From NCBI RefSeq assembly GCF_020745735.1, contig NC_083435.1, forward strand, positions 34,533,231-34,597,230: a stretch of DNA of 64,000 bases, given 5' to 3'. The notes below the pieces were generated by a model. The model searched no databases and was not told the origin of the DNA. It worked only from the letters and a program-made list of their open reading frames with translations. Below are positions 14,557 through 26,900 of the stretch, one piece after another. This DNA is from Hemiscyllium ocellatum. Lineage: Eukaryota. Position numbers and translations under genes: made by a program. Numbering within the stretch: position 1 is the first letter of the stretch; every line of letters starts with the position of its first letter.

Positions 14557-15200
14557 ATGTGTCCCAGCAAGTGCAAACAAGAGGGTCCACAGAGGACTTA
14601 GAATGGCCAACAAAAAACACAGTACATGCTAAATATTTATGGCCCAGTGCCTGGAAAGCAGTTAGAATTGTGGATCAAGTAACGTGGTTTTTGGAAGGGA
14701 GGAAGTTTTAGTGAAAGGCAGTTGGAAATTTTCAGGTCGAGGTTGGAGGAGAGAGAGAGAAGGAGAAACGGAAGGGAAAAACGAAACTGTGAATTGGATT
14801 GTTAATAACATGTGGAAGTTGAGGCTGTTATAAGAGAAAGGAAATCTCAAGCAAAAGACAGATCAAATATGTTCACAAACACTAGCACACATGCAGGCCC
14901 GCGCAGAAAACAACTGAACAAAGATGTACAGTGTCTTAAGTCTGTTCCAGATCCTGACTTTGATGACTGCCCTCCGAGACGTACAGCCCCCCTATGAAAT
15001 CCTCCTGGTGAAGATTCCAAGTCAGCAACCGGCGCCTCAGGGTCTGCTGAATCATTGATATCAAGTCATACCTCAAACCAATAGAAGCAAGAAGCCCAAA
15101 ATGGTGATGGCCACACCAAGACGTTAAGGCATCCAGGGCCTGCTTGTGATCTCCCCATGATGGATGATGAGTCAGAGGAGAATATTAGCATACGAATACA
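14557..15200 (+). pseudogene. gag: ERV gag N-terminal (matrix/p12-like) remnant
   Basis: One frame from ATG 14557 reads MCPSK...YMLNIYGPVPGKQLELWIK*RGFWKGGSFSERQLEIFRSRLEE...EVEAVIRERK. This resembles class I/epsilon-like MA, with MG changed to MC at the myristoylation site. A proline/acidic stretch follows. In-frame stops present; no capsid or nucleocapsid seen. Confidence 0.6.
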
Positions 15201-18200
15201 ATGGGTGCATCAGAAGTCGTTGTAGGAGAGCGATATTAGATTAGATTACTTACAGTGTGGAAACAGGCCCTTCGGCCCAACAAGTCCACACCGACCCGCT
15301 GAAGCGTAACCCACCCACACCCCTATATTTATCCCCTACCTAACACTATGGACAATTTAGCATGGCCAATTTACCTGGCCCGCACATCTTTGGAATGTGG
15401 GAGGAAACCGGAGCACCCGGAGGAAACCCACGCAGACACGGGGAGAACGTGCAAACTCCACACAGTCAGTCGCCTGAGGCGGGAATTGAACCCGGGTCTC
15501 TGGCGCTGTGAGGCAGCAGTGCTAGCCACCGTGCCGCCCACTATTCGGCTCCCCTATTGTGCAGAACCAGCAAAACTTGCCAATTCTCATTCTTGTTATC
15601 GAAATTCTGCCCTTGAAATCTGATGGGTCAGAATCTCATACGAAGACTGGGTTTGCATTTGCTCAGTACTCCGATGGGCTTGCAGGTAATTCAAAGTGAA
15701 GATTTACCCGTGCAGGCTGTTACCATGGTCTATGAATGGCGATTAAGCCAGAGAGTGATAGGTTCAGTGAGTAATTCACTCGCTCTGGAAACAAGTAAAC
15801 ATGTTAAACCTATTAACACCGATGGTCTTACTGGGGTCTTGCTGCACTGCACAGCTCATGTACACTGTGATGGTCCTAATGAATCAGATGAGGAGGATTG
15901 GTTCAGAAGATTGGTTAAACCAGATCATTTGTTACATTGCGAATTTTATTGGAGTGATCACACATGTGAAGTCAGTGTAAACTTATCTGAAGTATCTGTA
16001 AAATCAAGTAGACTCTATCATTTTGATGTGGAAGACTCAGCTCTTCACATGCCACTGGGGAAGACGTCCAGTGACAGGTGGCAGGATTTTGGACCATGGG
16101 TGCTAAAGGCTGAGTCTTCTTGGACGATGTGGGCATGTGGTTCAATGCAGTTATGTGGACATATAGGAGGAAACTAAATTGGCAAACTCAGGCAGATAGG
16201 ATGGTCCAGGTCACCTGCGATAGCCCTAAAAAGCCTAGGAGAGTAGCCTGGCGTTTTCCATGATAGAAGTCTCGGACCCAAGATTAAAACGGCTCCTACT
16301 GAGGTGTCGACAAAAGGCAAACATGATGTAGGGATCATACGAGGATGTGAACCCATAAGAGTAACCATGAAGTCTGGGTATCATCCTTGCAGAGCACAAT
16401 ACCCATTAAAACCCGACGCCATAGAAGGAATTACTCCAGTCTTTGAATCCTTCTTAAAGGCTGGAGTGATAATCCCCTGTGAGAGCTCACTGGTGAGAAC
16501 CCCCATTTTACTGGTTACAAAGGCAAACCTTCCCAGTGCACCGGAGGAATGGAGGTTTGTTCACGACCTGCAGGCAGTCAATAACGCTTTTGCCCCATAC
16601 GCCCCAAATTTTCCCAACCCCTAGACGATATTAGTTCAAATTCCACTGGACAGTAAATTGTTCATTGTTGTGCAATTAGCAATTGCCCTCTTTCGTGCAC
16701 CTGTGCACCCAGATAGTCAATTCTGTTTCCCTTTTTCATTCAAAGGAAAATCATATACGTTCACGCGACTTTATCAAGGTTACTGGGAGTCCCCCACCAT
16801 ATGTCATGAGGCTTTACGCAGAAGTGTGGCGTCTTCTGTTCTAACCCCGGGGTCAGAGCTTCTGTTGTATATACATAATTTTTTTGATGGCGGCACCAAC
16901 AAAGGAACAATGTGAGAATGATATCCTTGCATTGCTCTGCCATCTAGCAAGGGAAGGGCACAAAGCTAGTCTCGCATAGCTACAATTTGTGCAACAACGG
17001 GTGAAGTTCTTAGGTCACTTAACATCTGAGCAAGGGAAGGCCACTGGTCAAGACAGAGTTCAAACAATCCAGCAAATTCCAAACCCTCACCCAAAAAAAC
17101 AATCACTATATTTTTTGGGCATGTGCTGCGACTGCAGAATGTTTATCCCACGTTACAGGTTTATCCTTGAACCTCCCCTAAGTGACATAGCCCATGGCAA
17201 AGTTTTGCCGAACCGCAGTCTGTTGCAGTGGACGACAGGGGCCGAAAGTGCCTTTGTTGAACTAAAAAAGGCTCTTCAAACTACAACTTCACTGGGGGTT
17301 CCAAATCCAAACAAGCCTTTTGTACAAATGGTAGATGAGAAGCGTGGCTGCACGACATCTGTATTATTGCAGGATCATGGGGGAAGATTGAGGCCAGTCG
17401 CATATTTTTCAGCTAAACTAGACCCCGTAGCGGCAGGATTGCCTAAATGTCTGTGAGCAGTGGCCGCGGCTGCAAAGGCTGTTGTAGTATCCAGAGTTAT
17501 AGCCGGCTATGGTGAATTAATCCTTCTGGTCCCACATGCAGCATCCTTACTGTTTTCCGAGAAAAGAACAGCACACATGTCAACAGCAAGTTGGCTCAGA
17601 TATAATACTGTGCTCTTGGGGATGTATAACTTTACAATAAAGCGATGTAACGTCCTAAATCCTGCTAGCTTGCTCCCCAAAGAAGGAGACAGGGACCCAC
17701 ATGTTTGTGTCCCAGCAACGAATGAAATTTGCAGCCCTCGACAAGATTTACAGGATTCACCACTTCAGAATCCAGATATGGAGTTTTTTGTGGATGGGTC
17801 AGCATTCAGGAGCAAGGAAACGGGCTAGAATTGCTTTGGGTATGCTGCAGTGACTACCTACGACATAGTCAAAGCGGGATCACTCCCTTCTCATCTGTCA
17901 GGGCAAGCAGCAGAGCTGATTTCCTTGACGTAGACATGCAAATTAGGTGTGGGAAAGACACTGAATAGTTACACCAATAGCAGATATTAATTGGGGTTAG
18001 ACAGGATTTTGTAAACCTGTGGAAACACAAGGGCTTCTTTACCGACACTTGAAAGCCCATTACACACCGTGGCCTGATTTCTGACCTCCTGGAAGCCGTT
18101 CTATTGCCCAAGTCAATCGTTGTGTATAAATGAGAAGCCCACACAAAAAATAATGATTTTATTTCCCAAGGCAATGCAAAGGCAGACTCAGCAGCAAGAA

Positions 18201-19390
18201 CGGCAGTCCAGCATCCGCCAAGTGAGAAGATTAACATGTGTATGACAATTGTTGTACCCCAGCAGCAGACATACGAGAGTTACAGTCACAGGCCAAACCA
18301 GAAGAAAAGCGTGAGTGGACAAAAGCAGGATGCAGTGCGAGGGAGGGAGTATGGTGTGGCTCCAATGGTAAACCCTCTCTACAACGATCATTATTTCCAT
18401 TCTATGGCAAACTGACACACGGTAAGGACCATGTGTCAAAAGTTTTGGGGGGTGGGGAGTGTACAACATTCTTTCAGCACACTGGTACAGTAAGGGATTT
18501 ACTGATTATTCCCAGACATATTGTCGGTGTTGTGTAATTTGTGACACTAATAATTTGGGGAGGGGAATACACTTGAATCAGGCAGCACACCCCCAACCCC
18601 AAACACCTTTTGAACATTTACAGATAGATTTCATTGAACTAACGCCCAACGAAGGGAAAAGGTATTGTCTGGCAACATTTGATATATTTTCCAAATGGTT
18701 GGAAGTGTTTCGTCTACACAGGATGCCAATGCAGTAGCCAAAGCTTTGCTTACTGAAATAATTCCGACATGGGGCATCCCTGACAGGCTGAGAAGTGACA
18801 ATGGGGCACCATTTGCCAATACAGCTTTACAACCGATCAATGATTATTTGGGAATACATATGAGAAAACACTATGCGTACCACCCAGCGAGCGATGTGGC
18901 AGTGGAAAGAAAAAATGCTCCGCTAAAAAAAATCACAAAAAGTTGTGAGGAACGAGGGGTGACATGGACAAAGTTTCTTCTAATCGTGCTAATGTTTATC
19001 AGATCTAGGATGAGAGGCAGAGCTAACCATACCCCATTAGAGATTTTGTTTCGTAGACCACCCAACACAAGAATTGGCCCAAGACCTAAGGTAAGACAGC
19101 TAACAAGCCACTGTGAGGATGAGATGTTATGTTACTGTATAAGACTCTATAGATTTTTATCTCAAATACAGAATCAAGTGAAAACAACACTACCCCAGCC
19201 AGCAAGACGGAAAATTCATGATCTAGAACCTGGAGACTGGATAGTGGTGAAAAAATTCAGGAGGAATACCTGGAAGGTGAAGAGATGGCTTGGACCGTTG
19301 CAAGTGCTCCTTGAAATACAGACAACTGTTAAAATCGCAGAAAGAGCCACGTAGATACACACCAGTCATTGCAAGCGTGTAGCTGGGCCT
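15200..19390 (+). pseudogene. pol: ERV pol (PR - putative 2H insert - RT - RNase H - IN), fragmented
   Basis: PR C-half: TMGAS...ERYSAPL...FLLSKFCP*NLMGQNL. RT: QYPLKPDAIEGI, WRFVHDLQAVN, YTFTRLYQGYWESP; YxDD decayed to YIHN (16868-16879). RNase H: FFVDGS, QAAELISL. IN: QIDFIEL, RSDNGAPF, YHPAS..VERKN, PGDWIVVK, RWLGP. Confidence 0.93.
15238..15541 (-). mobile_element. HE1-type tRNA-derived SINE, full length, inserted in the ERV protease
   Basis: tRNA-like head with A/B-box-like motifs, HE1 body and (TAATC)n tail. TATT flanks at 15234-15237 and 15542-15545. Confidence 0.92.
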
Positions 19391-20454
19391 GAGGAGACAT
19401 CAGACAGTATATGTCTGCTCAGTACTCCTTGCATTGAGGCATCTGGATTAGTGTAATGAGTCAATCCTGCTGGATTAAGAATAAACCTCATTTATTTGCT
19501 CTTGCTAATGAATGAGTCAAGTCGATATAATTCCCACGACACAAGTGCTCAATATTGCTTTACGTATGTTTGGATCTTCATTACATACAGCCAGTGGCTG
19601 ACAGTCTCTCCGCCCTGAAATAGCTCAGCTTTACCATAGGAAAATTCACATGAATGGCACATTTCACTAATTGGACTCAGTCTACCAAAATTCAGTACAG
19701 AAAGACTGCCTTTTGCACATTTTTTTGAATAGGAAAATGCAGAGACGAATTGTACAGCCCCAAAGTTTATTAGTTAGCAGTTGAATCTTTTCATTGAGTG
19801 TTGAGTAACAGTAAAAGACAAACAAAAGCAAACCCGAGTACAAATTGTCTTTATCAAACTGATTGCAGCTATAATACCAAAGCTGAAGTCCATGTAATGG
19901 ATCTTAAAAATCAATTGTTCCATTAAAATTGCTGATACAATATACATTATTTTTAAAGTAAATAATGGAGATTTCAGAACATTTACAGCAAAGCGATGTG
20001 AACAGAAATTGAAGTTAAAAACATAGAACCTCTCTCCACCCAAGCACTGATCCCAGTATCTCAGGATGAGGATGGGGTGCAGAGAGAGGAGTTAGTCACA
20101 CTGTGTCAGCTGTACATTAAACATCTGTTTTTACAGGTCATTTCAACATGATTAAAAAATTACAGTGTGCAAGTCTCAAACATTTCATGAGATTACCCTC
20201 AAACAAAAGTCAATGAGAAGCAATCTATATGATGATCTGTGGCCATATTGGAAATTTTGAAGCATTTTGGAGCTGTTTAATCCACGACATCACTTCATTC
20301 TTTCTGGTCACGTCCACATTTAACTTACAGCTGTATTCCGACCTGGAATAGAGAGTTTAAGTTAGAAAGCAGAGAACCCACTTTCATGTACACAGTGCAT
20401 AGAAATTACTGAAGTGCCCAGGCAAACTGCAAATCTGACAGATAGCAATGCCAA

Positions 20455-20630
20455 GGTTAATCTGTGGAACTCATTGCTACAGGTGGCTATGGAAACAGGG
20501 CAAGATAAGCTCTTGACTGGTAAGGGTACAGGGAGAAGGCAGGAGGATGGGGTTGGGAAACATATCAGCCATAGTTAAATGGTGGATCAGATATGATGGG
20601 ATGAATACCCTGATTTTGCTCCCATGGTCT
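20455..20630 (+). mobile_element. CR1 3'-end fragment
   Basis: aatctgtggaactcattgc (NLWNSL) followed by CR1-like 3' UTR. Confidence 0.6.
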
Positions 20631-21468
20631 CTGGAGTTTTGCATTACACTGACAGTAGATATTTACAGTTGTGTTATGGATGGTAGATTACAATTCCAGA
20701 GATTTCCAAAAGTCACAGCAATCACTGACTCGGAAACATCACAATTCTTTCATTGTTGCTGGTGAAATACCTAAAGTCCCTCCTTAATAACATGGTATTA
20801 CTACACCAAAGGAACAGCATCAATTCAAGACAGCAGCATCCCTCCACCATCTTCTCCAGGGTATATAGTAAGCAGTCTGCAAAAATCAATATCTCTGAAT
20901 AAACTAAAAATACAAGGTTGGCAATAACAATGCAATCATAAGTCACGTGTGGTAGAAGGAAAAACTAGACTAAGATCTTATAACAGGACCAGTACTACTC
21001 ATACAGCTAACAGAGCTGTCTGAGACAGGATAGGGTCCAGGGTGCTTCAGATTTGACAAAGAATCCCTACAGCGTCCAGAGATTACCTGTTTCATTGGTC
21101 TGTCATTACAGACAGGAGGGGTGATTTGAGTACTGTTTCACCTCGACGACGTGTTCAAGTTACACTGCAACCAGCAAAATCGGATGTGAAGCGGCTTTGA
21201 GGCAGCTTCAACACAATTCCTGGAGGAGATTTTGCAATCTAACCCAAGATGTACCTGTCTGAGGTTAGGCAGGAATGCAGTATTGTGTCCATCAGATAGC
21301 TACAAACTTATTAAATTGCAAAGTAGGTTTAAGGGGTTAATAGTCTAGGTCGGCTCTTTACAGCACTCACAGCGAGAATTACACAGGAATGCTGCTACTG
21401 GTCAGAACTGGAACCTGGTTTGAAAGTATTCCTCCTTTCACCACATCCAAAATATCTGGTATACTTAC

Positions 21469-21498
21469 GTGGACCGTGGTAGCTGGAGTCCAGGATAG
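21469..21498 (-). pseudogene. MHC IIbeta cytoplasmic exon (30 nt)
   Basis: ttttttttcctcttacag | CT ATC CTG GAC TCC AGC TAC CAC GGT CCA C | gtaagt gives (A)ILDSSYHGP, with canonical splice sites. Confidence 0.85.
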
Positions 21499-21539
21499 CT
21501 GTAAGAGGAAAAAAAAACTGAGGATCGTTTGTCTCCAGT

Positions 21540-21700
21540 GAGGATGACTATGGGTTCAAGTCTCATTTGAGGAATTAAACGTCACAGGGTTATAAGCTAT
21601 TGCGATATTTCAGACAGCTGCACTGTTAGAGGTGCTGCTTTTTGGCTGAGACAATAAATTCAGTTCGCCTCTGCCTGAGAAGTGAAAGATTCATTTGGCA
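21540..21700 (+). mobile_element. Old SINE fragment, possibly Deu-domain (SacSINE/AmnSINE-like)
   Basis: gggttcaagtc B-box-like motif, and gtgctgctttttggctgagac...tctgcc resembling the Deu core from memory. Confidence 0.35.
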
Positions 21701-22199
21701 CAAATTAAAAGCTGAAGTTTTGATCAATTTTTTACCATTCAAACGATGACAGATTACTTTATTTTTTTTAAATTTGGAAGTCAATGATGTAACCATATAC
21801 ACACATCAGATTACCTTTGTGTACTGAAGTTGTTTTGAACCTCATATGAGTGTAGACTGTCATAATGACTGTGGCAGCATGCAGTTTGTTCAGCAAACGG
21901 CCAAACACCTCCACTAAACCCCGTGGCAATTAGAAATGACAGACAGCTAAAGAATGCATCTGACTGCCTTCAGTCATACCTCAGCACACAGGCACCTTTA
22001 GAGTGACAGTCAGGGCTGATGTTGAGTTTGGCACCACAGGAGTTGACAGATCTTTAGATAGAGCAATGCTCGACCAAGTCCAAGTGAAGGGAAGAAAAGG
22101 AACCCGAACCAATGCCACCTTAGGTAACCAGCAATGTTTAATCTTGGACGAAGCTCAGTTTAAAAGAACCAATACAGACAAGAAACAAAATTAACCTTT

Positions 22200-22645
22200 T
22201 TTATAAAATATCTTGCAACAACTGTAACAAACACCTCATTGGAGAAACTGCAGAAAACTAGCTACCAGGGTAAATAAACATCAACTTGCCACCAAAAGAC
22301 ATGATCCCGAACGGGGACAACACATCCATCCTAGGACAGGCCAAACAGACATGCTCAAGAATTCCTCGAAGCATGGCATTCCAGCTGCAACTCTATAAAC
22401 ACACACATTGACTTGGGCCCCATTTACCACCCTCAAAAAAGAGCAAGAAGTCGCACTACCAACACAGAAAATGATTCACCACATGAAATTAGATCACCCA
22501 TCCAAGCAAATCGAAACAATTGGAAAGCGGGACATAAAACCAGCGCTTCACCAGAGGCTTACGGATGTTACCTCGCATGGTGACAAAACGTCTGAAAACA
22601 AACACTTCAGCTCAGCGAGCAAAGTTACTTGCAGACAACAAGATT
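22200..22645 (+). mobile_element. Penelope-like element family B, GIY-YIG end plus pLTR
   Basis: Decayed YIGET-like endonuclease region and pLTR ending gacaaaacgtctgaaaacaaacacttcagctcagcgagc. Similar to 43282-43700 and 41765-41860. Confidence 0.75.
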
Positions 22646-23369
22646 AAGTTGAAAACAGCTCTAAGCCAGGATGCTAGGCAGTCTCAACATCAACATAGCT
22701 GCCCAGTGAAGCAGAGTGTGGTGTCGTAACTCTGACGTCGTGCAGGAGACAGTATTAAATTGACAAGTTCAAGGACCAGCCAGAGTCACAACATTTTATC
22801 ATTCAATTTGAATGGGCTCAAACAGAACGCTTCCTAAAAAAAAACAGTGATTACCTTAGCTCTTTGTACTATCTTCACAGTAAAAAGACTTCTGGGATTT
22901 ATTTATTAAAGAATGTAAAACAGCATGTCCCATTCTAAAAGACTTCCCCTAAATTAGTTTAATATATCATTACAACTCCATGACTGTAGACTTTTCCTAT
23001 AAATTCTGTAGCATATGAAGAAGCATCATTTCGAAAGCCAGTGCTTTGCAAAAAAAACCTGTCGGACTATAAACAGATGTTGTGAGATTTTAAAACTTTG
23101 TCCACCCCAGTCCAAAGTCATGATAATCAGCATGAAACAATGCCTATAGTCCAATGGGATCAAATGTGAAACGAGAGTACCCCAGTAGGGATTGACACTT
23201 GAATGCCAGACAGTAAAACTGTGTATTCCTAACATGGCATTGGCCCAGCAAATTCCAGTAGCCAGCTCCCTTCTCTATTTTCCTAGTCCTGTTCTATTTG
23301 GAGGATTGTCTTATTTTCGTTTCTCCCACCATCCCAACCCCACTCCCCCACCCCACCCTAGAGGCTCAC

Positions 23370-23485
23370 CTTTAACATACATCAGCCACATTATCACTCC
23401 AGCAAGCAAGATGATCAGCCGAATCACAAAGAATAGGGCTCCGACAACAGTCTTGGGTTATGTCAATTAGGAATACTCTGGACTT
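23370..23485 (-). pseudogene. MHC IIbeta connecting-peptide/TM exon
   Basis: ttgatttgaacag | xVQSIPN*HN, a 1-nt frameshift, then KTVVGALFFVIRLIILLAGVIMWLMYVK G | gtgag. In-frame TGA at 23463-23465. Length 116 nt versus 117 needed for phase-1/phase-1. Confidence 0.88.
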
Positions 23486-23569
23486 CTGTTCAAATCAACA
23501 CAGATAGTGTCATAAGCTTCACATTGACAATCACATCAGGTAGTACCTTTTGGTTTAGGTCCGATGTTC

Positions 23570-23810
23570 TGAGGAAATATAAACATGACGTAGGACGATC
23601 GAAGGCAATTTGGCCCTTCAAGCCTGGCTTACCAGTTACTAAGATCCGAATTGATCTGATTGCAGCTGAACTTCACTTTCCCTACCCTGTTCCCACAATG
23701 TCAATACACTGTTTGATCAATAAGGTAACTTACGAAAATTCAAGAACAGCTGCCACTGCTTTGTGGATTGAATTCCACAAGCTACCCATAAAAGAACATT
23801 AATGGGTTAA
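23570..23810 (-). mobile_element. CR1 3'-end fragment in MHC intron
   Basis: gaattccacaagctaccc on + corresponds to RVVSLWNS on -; CR1-type tail. Confidence 0.6.
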
Positions 23811-24214
23811 GATCCAACGTATGCAAACATTCGTCACTGCAGAAAAAAAGAAGGACGAGTAGGAAGTGCTGACTACTGGATTTCCAGCAGCATTTCTTAA
23901 TACCACTGTAGTGGTATAGAGTAATCTGTACAATGTTATACTGAATTCAAGGTAAGATTCCAGTACCTTCCATGGGATTGAGCAAAAACTTATTAAGGGT
24001 AATTATGTCCATTAACATCGGACAGAATAGAATTGGTTGCCCTTTCCCACCAGAGCAATGTTTTACAGTTGGGAGAAAAGTGGCTTGCAAGTTGTCAACA
24101 TTGAATCAGGATGCTGCTAATTTTCAATACAGCTCCATACACAAATATCCTCCACCTGATAGTTCGTTTTGGTTGTCAGGATCAGTTGGCTCCAGATTTC
24201 ATTACAGCTATGGT

Positions 24215-24500
24215 CCAGACATGAAAGTAGCATCCTAAAAGGGAGAGAAGTGTGGTTAACATTTTCATTAAAACAGCATTTGATAAAGAATGCTATCAAG
24301 GGAACTGTAGTAAAATTTAAGTCAGTGAGCATCAATGGGAAAGTCATTTCTATCTCAAAGAAAGCTTGTTTTGTTGGAGGCCAATCATTTCCACCAGAGT
24401 AGGAATTCCTCAGGTCAGTGTCCTCAATCCAAGTATCTTCAGCTACTTCAACTGCGCAGCTCACCTTGGAGAAATGGGACATAAATGTGCCTAGATGATT
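24215..24500 (+). mobile_element. CR1 ORF2 fragment in MHC intron
   Basis: Decayed CR1 RT-upstream sequence; similar text recurs near 45700-45900(-). Confidence 0.5.
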
Positions 24501-24786
24501 AAGAGAACACTTAAGGATTCATATTGAAACCTATTGGAGAAGTCACGTTGATACAGAAAAGGAATAACTAGCAGCTTATAATGGAGGAGAAGCGGCAGGA
24601 ATTAAGAAAAAGCTTCCCTGGAACTAAATGTGGGTAAAGTGGTGACTTAAGATTCAGTTGTCATTTGTATTTATTGACGATGGTTAACCTGTTAATTCAG
24701 TTATTCTCCCCCACAGTACAGAGCACTCCAACATTGTATAATCTACACAATATTGCTTCAGATTTTTTTTAAACAGTGCTTCTTAC

Positions 24787-25069
24787 ACCAGTGCACGCTC
24801 TTGACTTCATTCAGGCTGCTGTGTTGCACACGACAGGTGCATTTCTCCCTCGGACAGTTGCTGGTACTGAAGGATATCCTCCACCTGATAGTTCGAGTCA
24901 CCATCTGATAACAGGACAGTGTTGATGACACCACCAGGAATTGGTACTCTATTTTTCAGCCCTGTGACTTTGATCTGGGGAGGGTAAAAACCAGTGACAT
25001 GACATGAGAGCAGAGCTGACTGTGCAGAATGCTGAGATGCTTTAGGTCGGAGAGTGACTGTCGGTTCAA
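24787..25069 (-). pseudogene. MHC IIbeta beta2 (Ig C1-set) exon
   Basis: tttctttctgttccag | (V)EPTVTLRPKASQHSAQSALLSCHVTGFYPPQIKVTGLKN...LLSDGDSNYQV. Removing one nt near 24852 restores SGEKCTCRVQHSSLNEVKSVHW T|gtaag. The exon is 283 nt versus the canonical 282. Two conserved Trp are lost (GGG, TCG), and the final T plus the next exon's AA would splice to TAA. Confidence 0.93.
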
Positions 25070-25959
25070 CTGGAACAGAAAGAAAGCTCATAACAAAAGC
25101 ACAGGGCAAGTTCAAATGTTTTCAGTTTGTGTTTGACTTTCCCATCCTCATTTGTAATCCCTGAATAACATTAATTGGATCTGTTAAATCCTGTTGAATG
25201 CCTATGTTCGGCCTAGCCTTCATTCAGGTGACCAAAATTAATATATGCTTTGGAAATTGTGAAATTGCAACATAAACACAATACTTGAAAACAACATCCA
25301 TATATCCCCGATTGATCCACAGTAAGATATAGTCTCACTCATAATAGCTCGAACTCTCCAGAAACCCTAGTGTAACCTGCTAGTCAGACTAGGTGACAGC
25401 TCAAGCAGTGCGAAGAGACAATGTTGGATATTAAATGCAGTAACTTCTAAATTATGCTGAGCAAGTTCCAGGCAAACAGCATAATGTACAGCATCAGCAC
25501 GGAATACCTATTATTGAGTGACAAGCATCACTATTTAGAAAAGAGCAAGGTTAGATTTAACTTTAAAATTTAAGCAATTTCATTAATCAACCTGTTTGGA
25601 CACTTTGGTACAAACCTTGGAGGTGGGGCTTAAACCTGGGCTTCAATGCAGTCGAAACACTAAAACGAGCAGAGCAGGAATATTTGTCTTACAGTGACCA
25701 CCATGTGATCAAAGTGCGATATTGTATTTAAACGAGCAAAATATGAAATTCTCAAGGTCTTAGTTTTAGGACAGGGTGGCTGCGGTTAAATAAGATTAAG
25801 TGTGCTCACTGTAATTGGGTAAAAACAGTAACTGTGTAAAATATAGAAAGTGGGAAGTGTTGATAATGTTGAACCCGTTTATGCATCCAAAGTGGGGAAG
25901 AGACATCAATTGCCTAAAGATCACAGACACTAAAGTAAGAAATAAAATAAATACAAAGT

Positions 25960-26065
25960 AACAGGAGGGCTCTTGACGCACAGTGGTTGTGTACCTACAC
26001 TTAAGTCCCACCTGTTCCAGAGGGGTGTCATTGCAGCAGTGAATAGGTTGATTAGAAAACATAAT
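25960..26065 (+). mobile_element. tRNA-like SINE fragment
   Basis: cagtggttgtgtacctac...aagtcccacctgttccagagg...ggttgattagaaaa resembles a common shark SINE. Confidence 0.45.
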
Positions 26066-26229
26066 AGCATCTGATGAATGGAAGTGATCAGTAGCACATG
26101 ATAAAACAGAGGAGCCACAACCCAACTCCTGCACTGAAAGGAGTGAACAATGAAGACAAGCGTGTTAAACATCTTTTCATACTCCCTGCATACATGTGAG
26201 GCAAACTTCAAAGACATATGCACCGGCAC

Positions 26230-26900
26230 CCCTTGGTCCCTCTACTATAGAGTTATCTCAGGCCCTACGATTCATTGTATAAACCCTACTCCTGCATGTT
26301 GTATCAAAACGCAAATACCTCAACTTATCCAGATTGAACCCCATTGCCATTTTTCATCCCAACTGATTAAGATCCCTCTGTACTCTTCGATAATTTTCTT
26401 AGTCTACTGTCATCAATTTTGGTGTTTGTAAATTTCCTAACCATGCCTTCTAATTTTCCTTCCAAATCCATTTTATCAGTGACAAACAAGAGTACCCAGA
26501 CTGATCCCTGTGGAATTCCTGCTGATCACAGGCATCCAGTTTGAAAAACAACCTTCCACCATTACTGTCTCTTGGCATTAAGCTAATTTTGTATCTCACT
26601 GGCAAGCTCTCCCTGATTCCCATGTGACCTAACTTCAGTAATTAAGTCTTTCACAAGGTTCCACATGGTAGACTAAAGTCCACGTCAAGCATGTTTAGCA
26701 CAGGTGATGTCAGAACACTTAACTACAGTGCATGTGGTTGAGGCAGGGTTCAATGGAGGCATACTTGGGGGACTGGGCTGATTATTTGGATAGAAATGGT
26801 ATAGGGATATGGAGTAAAGGCGGGAGATTTGTCGTAGGTCGTGATGATTGAAGAGCTGGTACACTCATAATGGGCCAAGTGGCCCTATGCACCATAATCA
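26230..26900. mobile_element. CR1 fragments: minus piece ~26230-26640, plus 3' piece ~26690-26900
   Basis: RT GVPQG-region sequence on - and a CR1 3'-end on +. Confidence 0.6.

Larger units (their letters stand above)
14557..19541 (+). mobile_element. Epsilon-like (class I, fish-type) endogenous retrovirus, internally deleted and decayed
   Basis: Order is gag-MA, protease, insert, RT, RNase H, integrase, then AATAAA (19480-19485) and a ...CCCACGACA end (19541) resembling an LTR 3' terminus. No env seen. Confidence 0.85.

Noticed and set aside
21250-21299. Possible final MHC IIbeta exon (tttgtag|ctatctgatggacaca, LMDT resembling LMGP)
   Set aside because: Phase does not fit without a 2-nt indel and the match is only a few codons; left unannotated.
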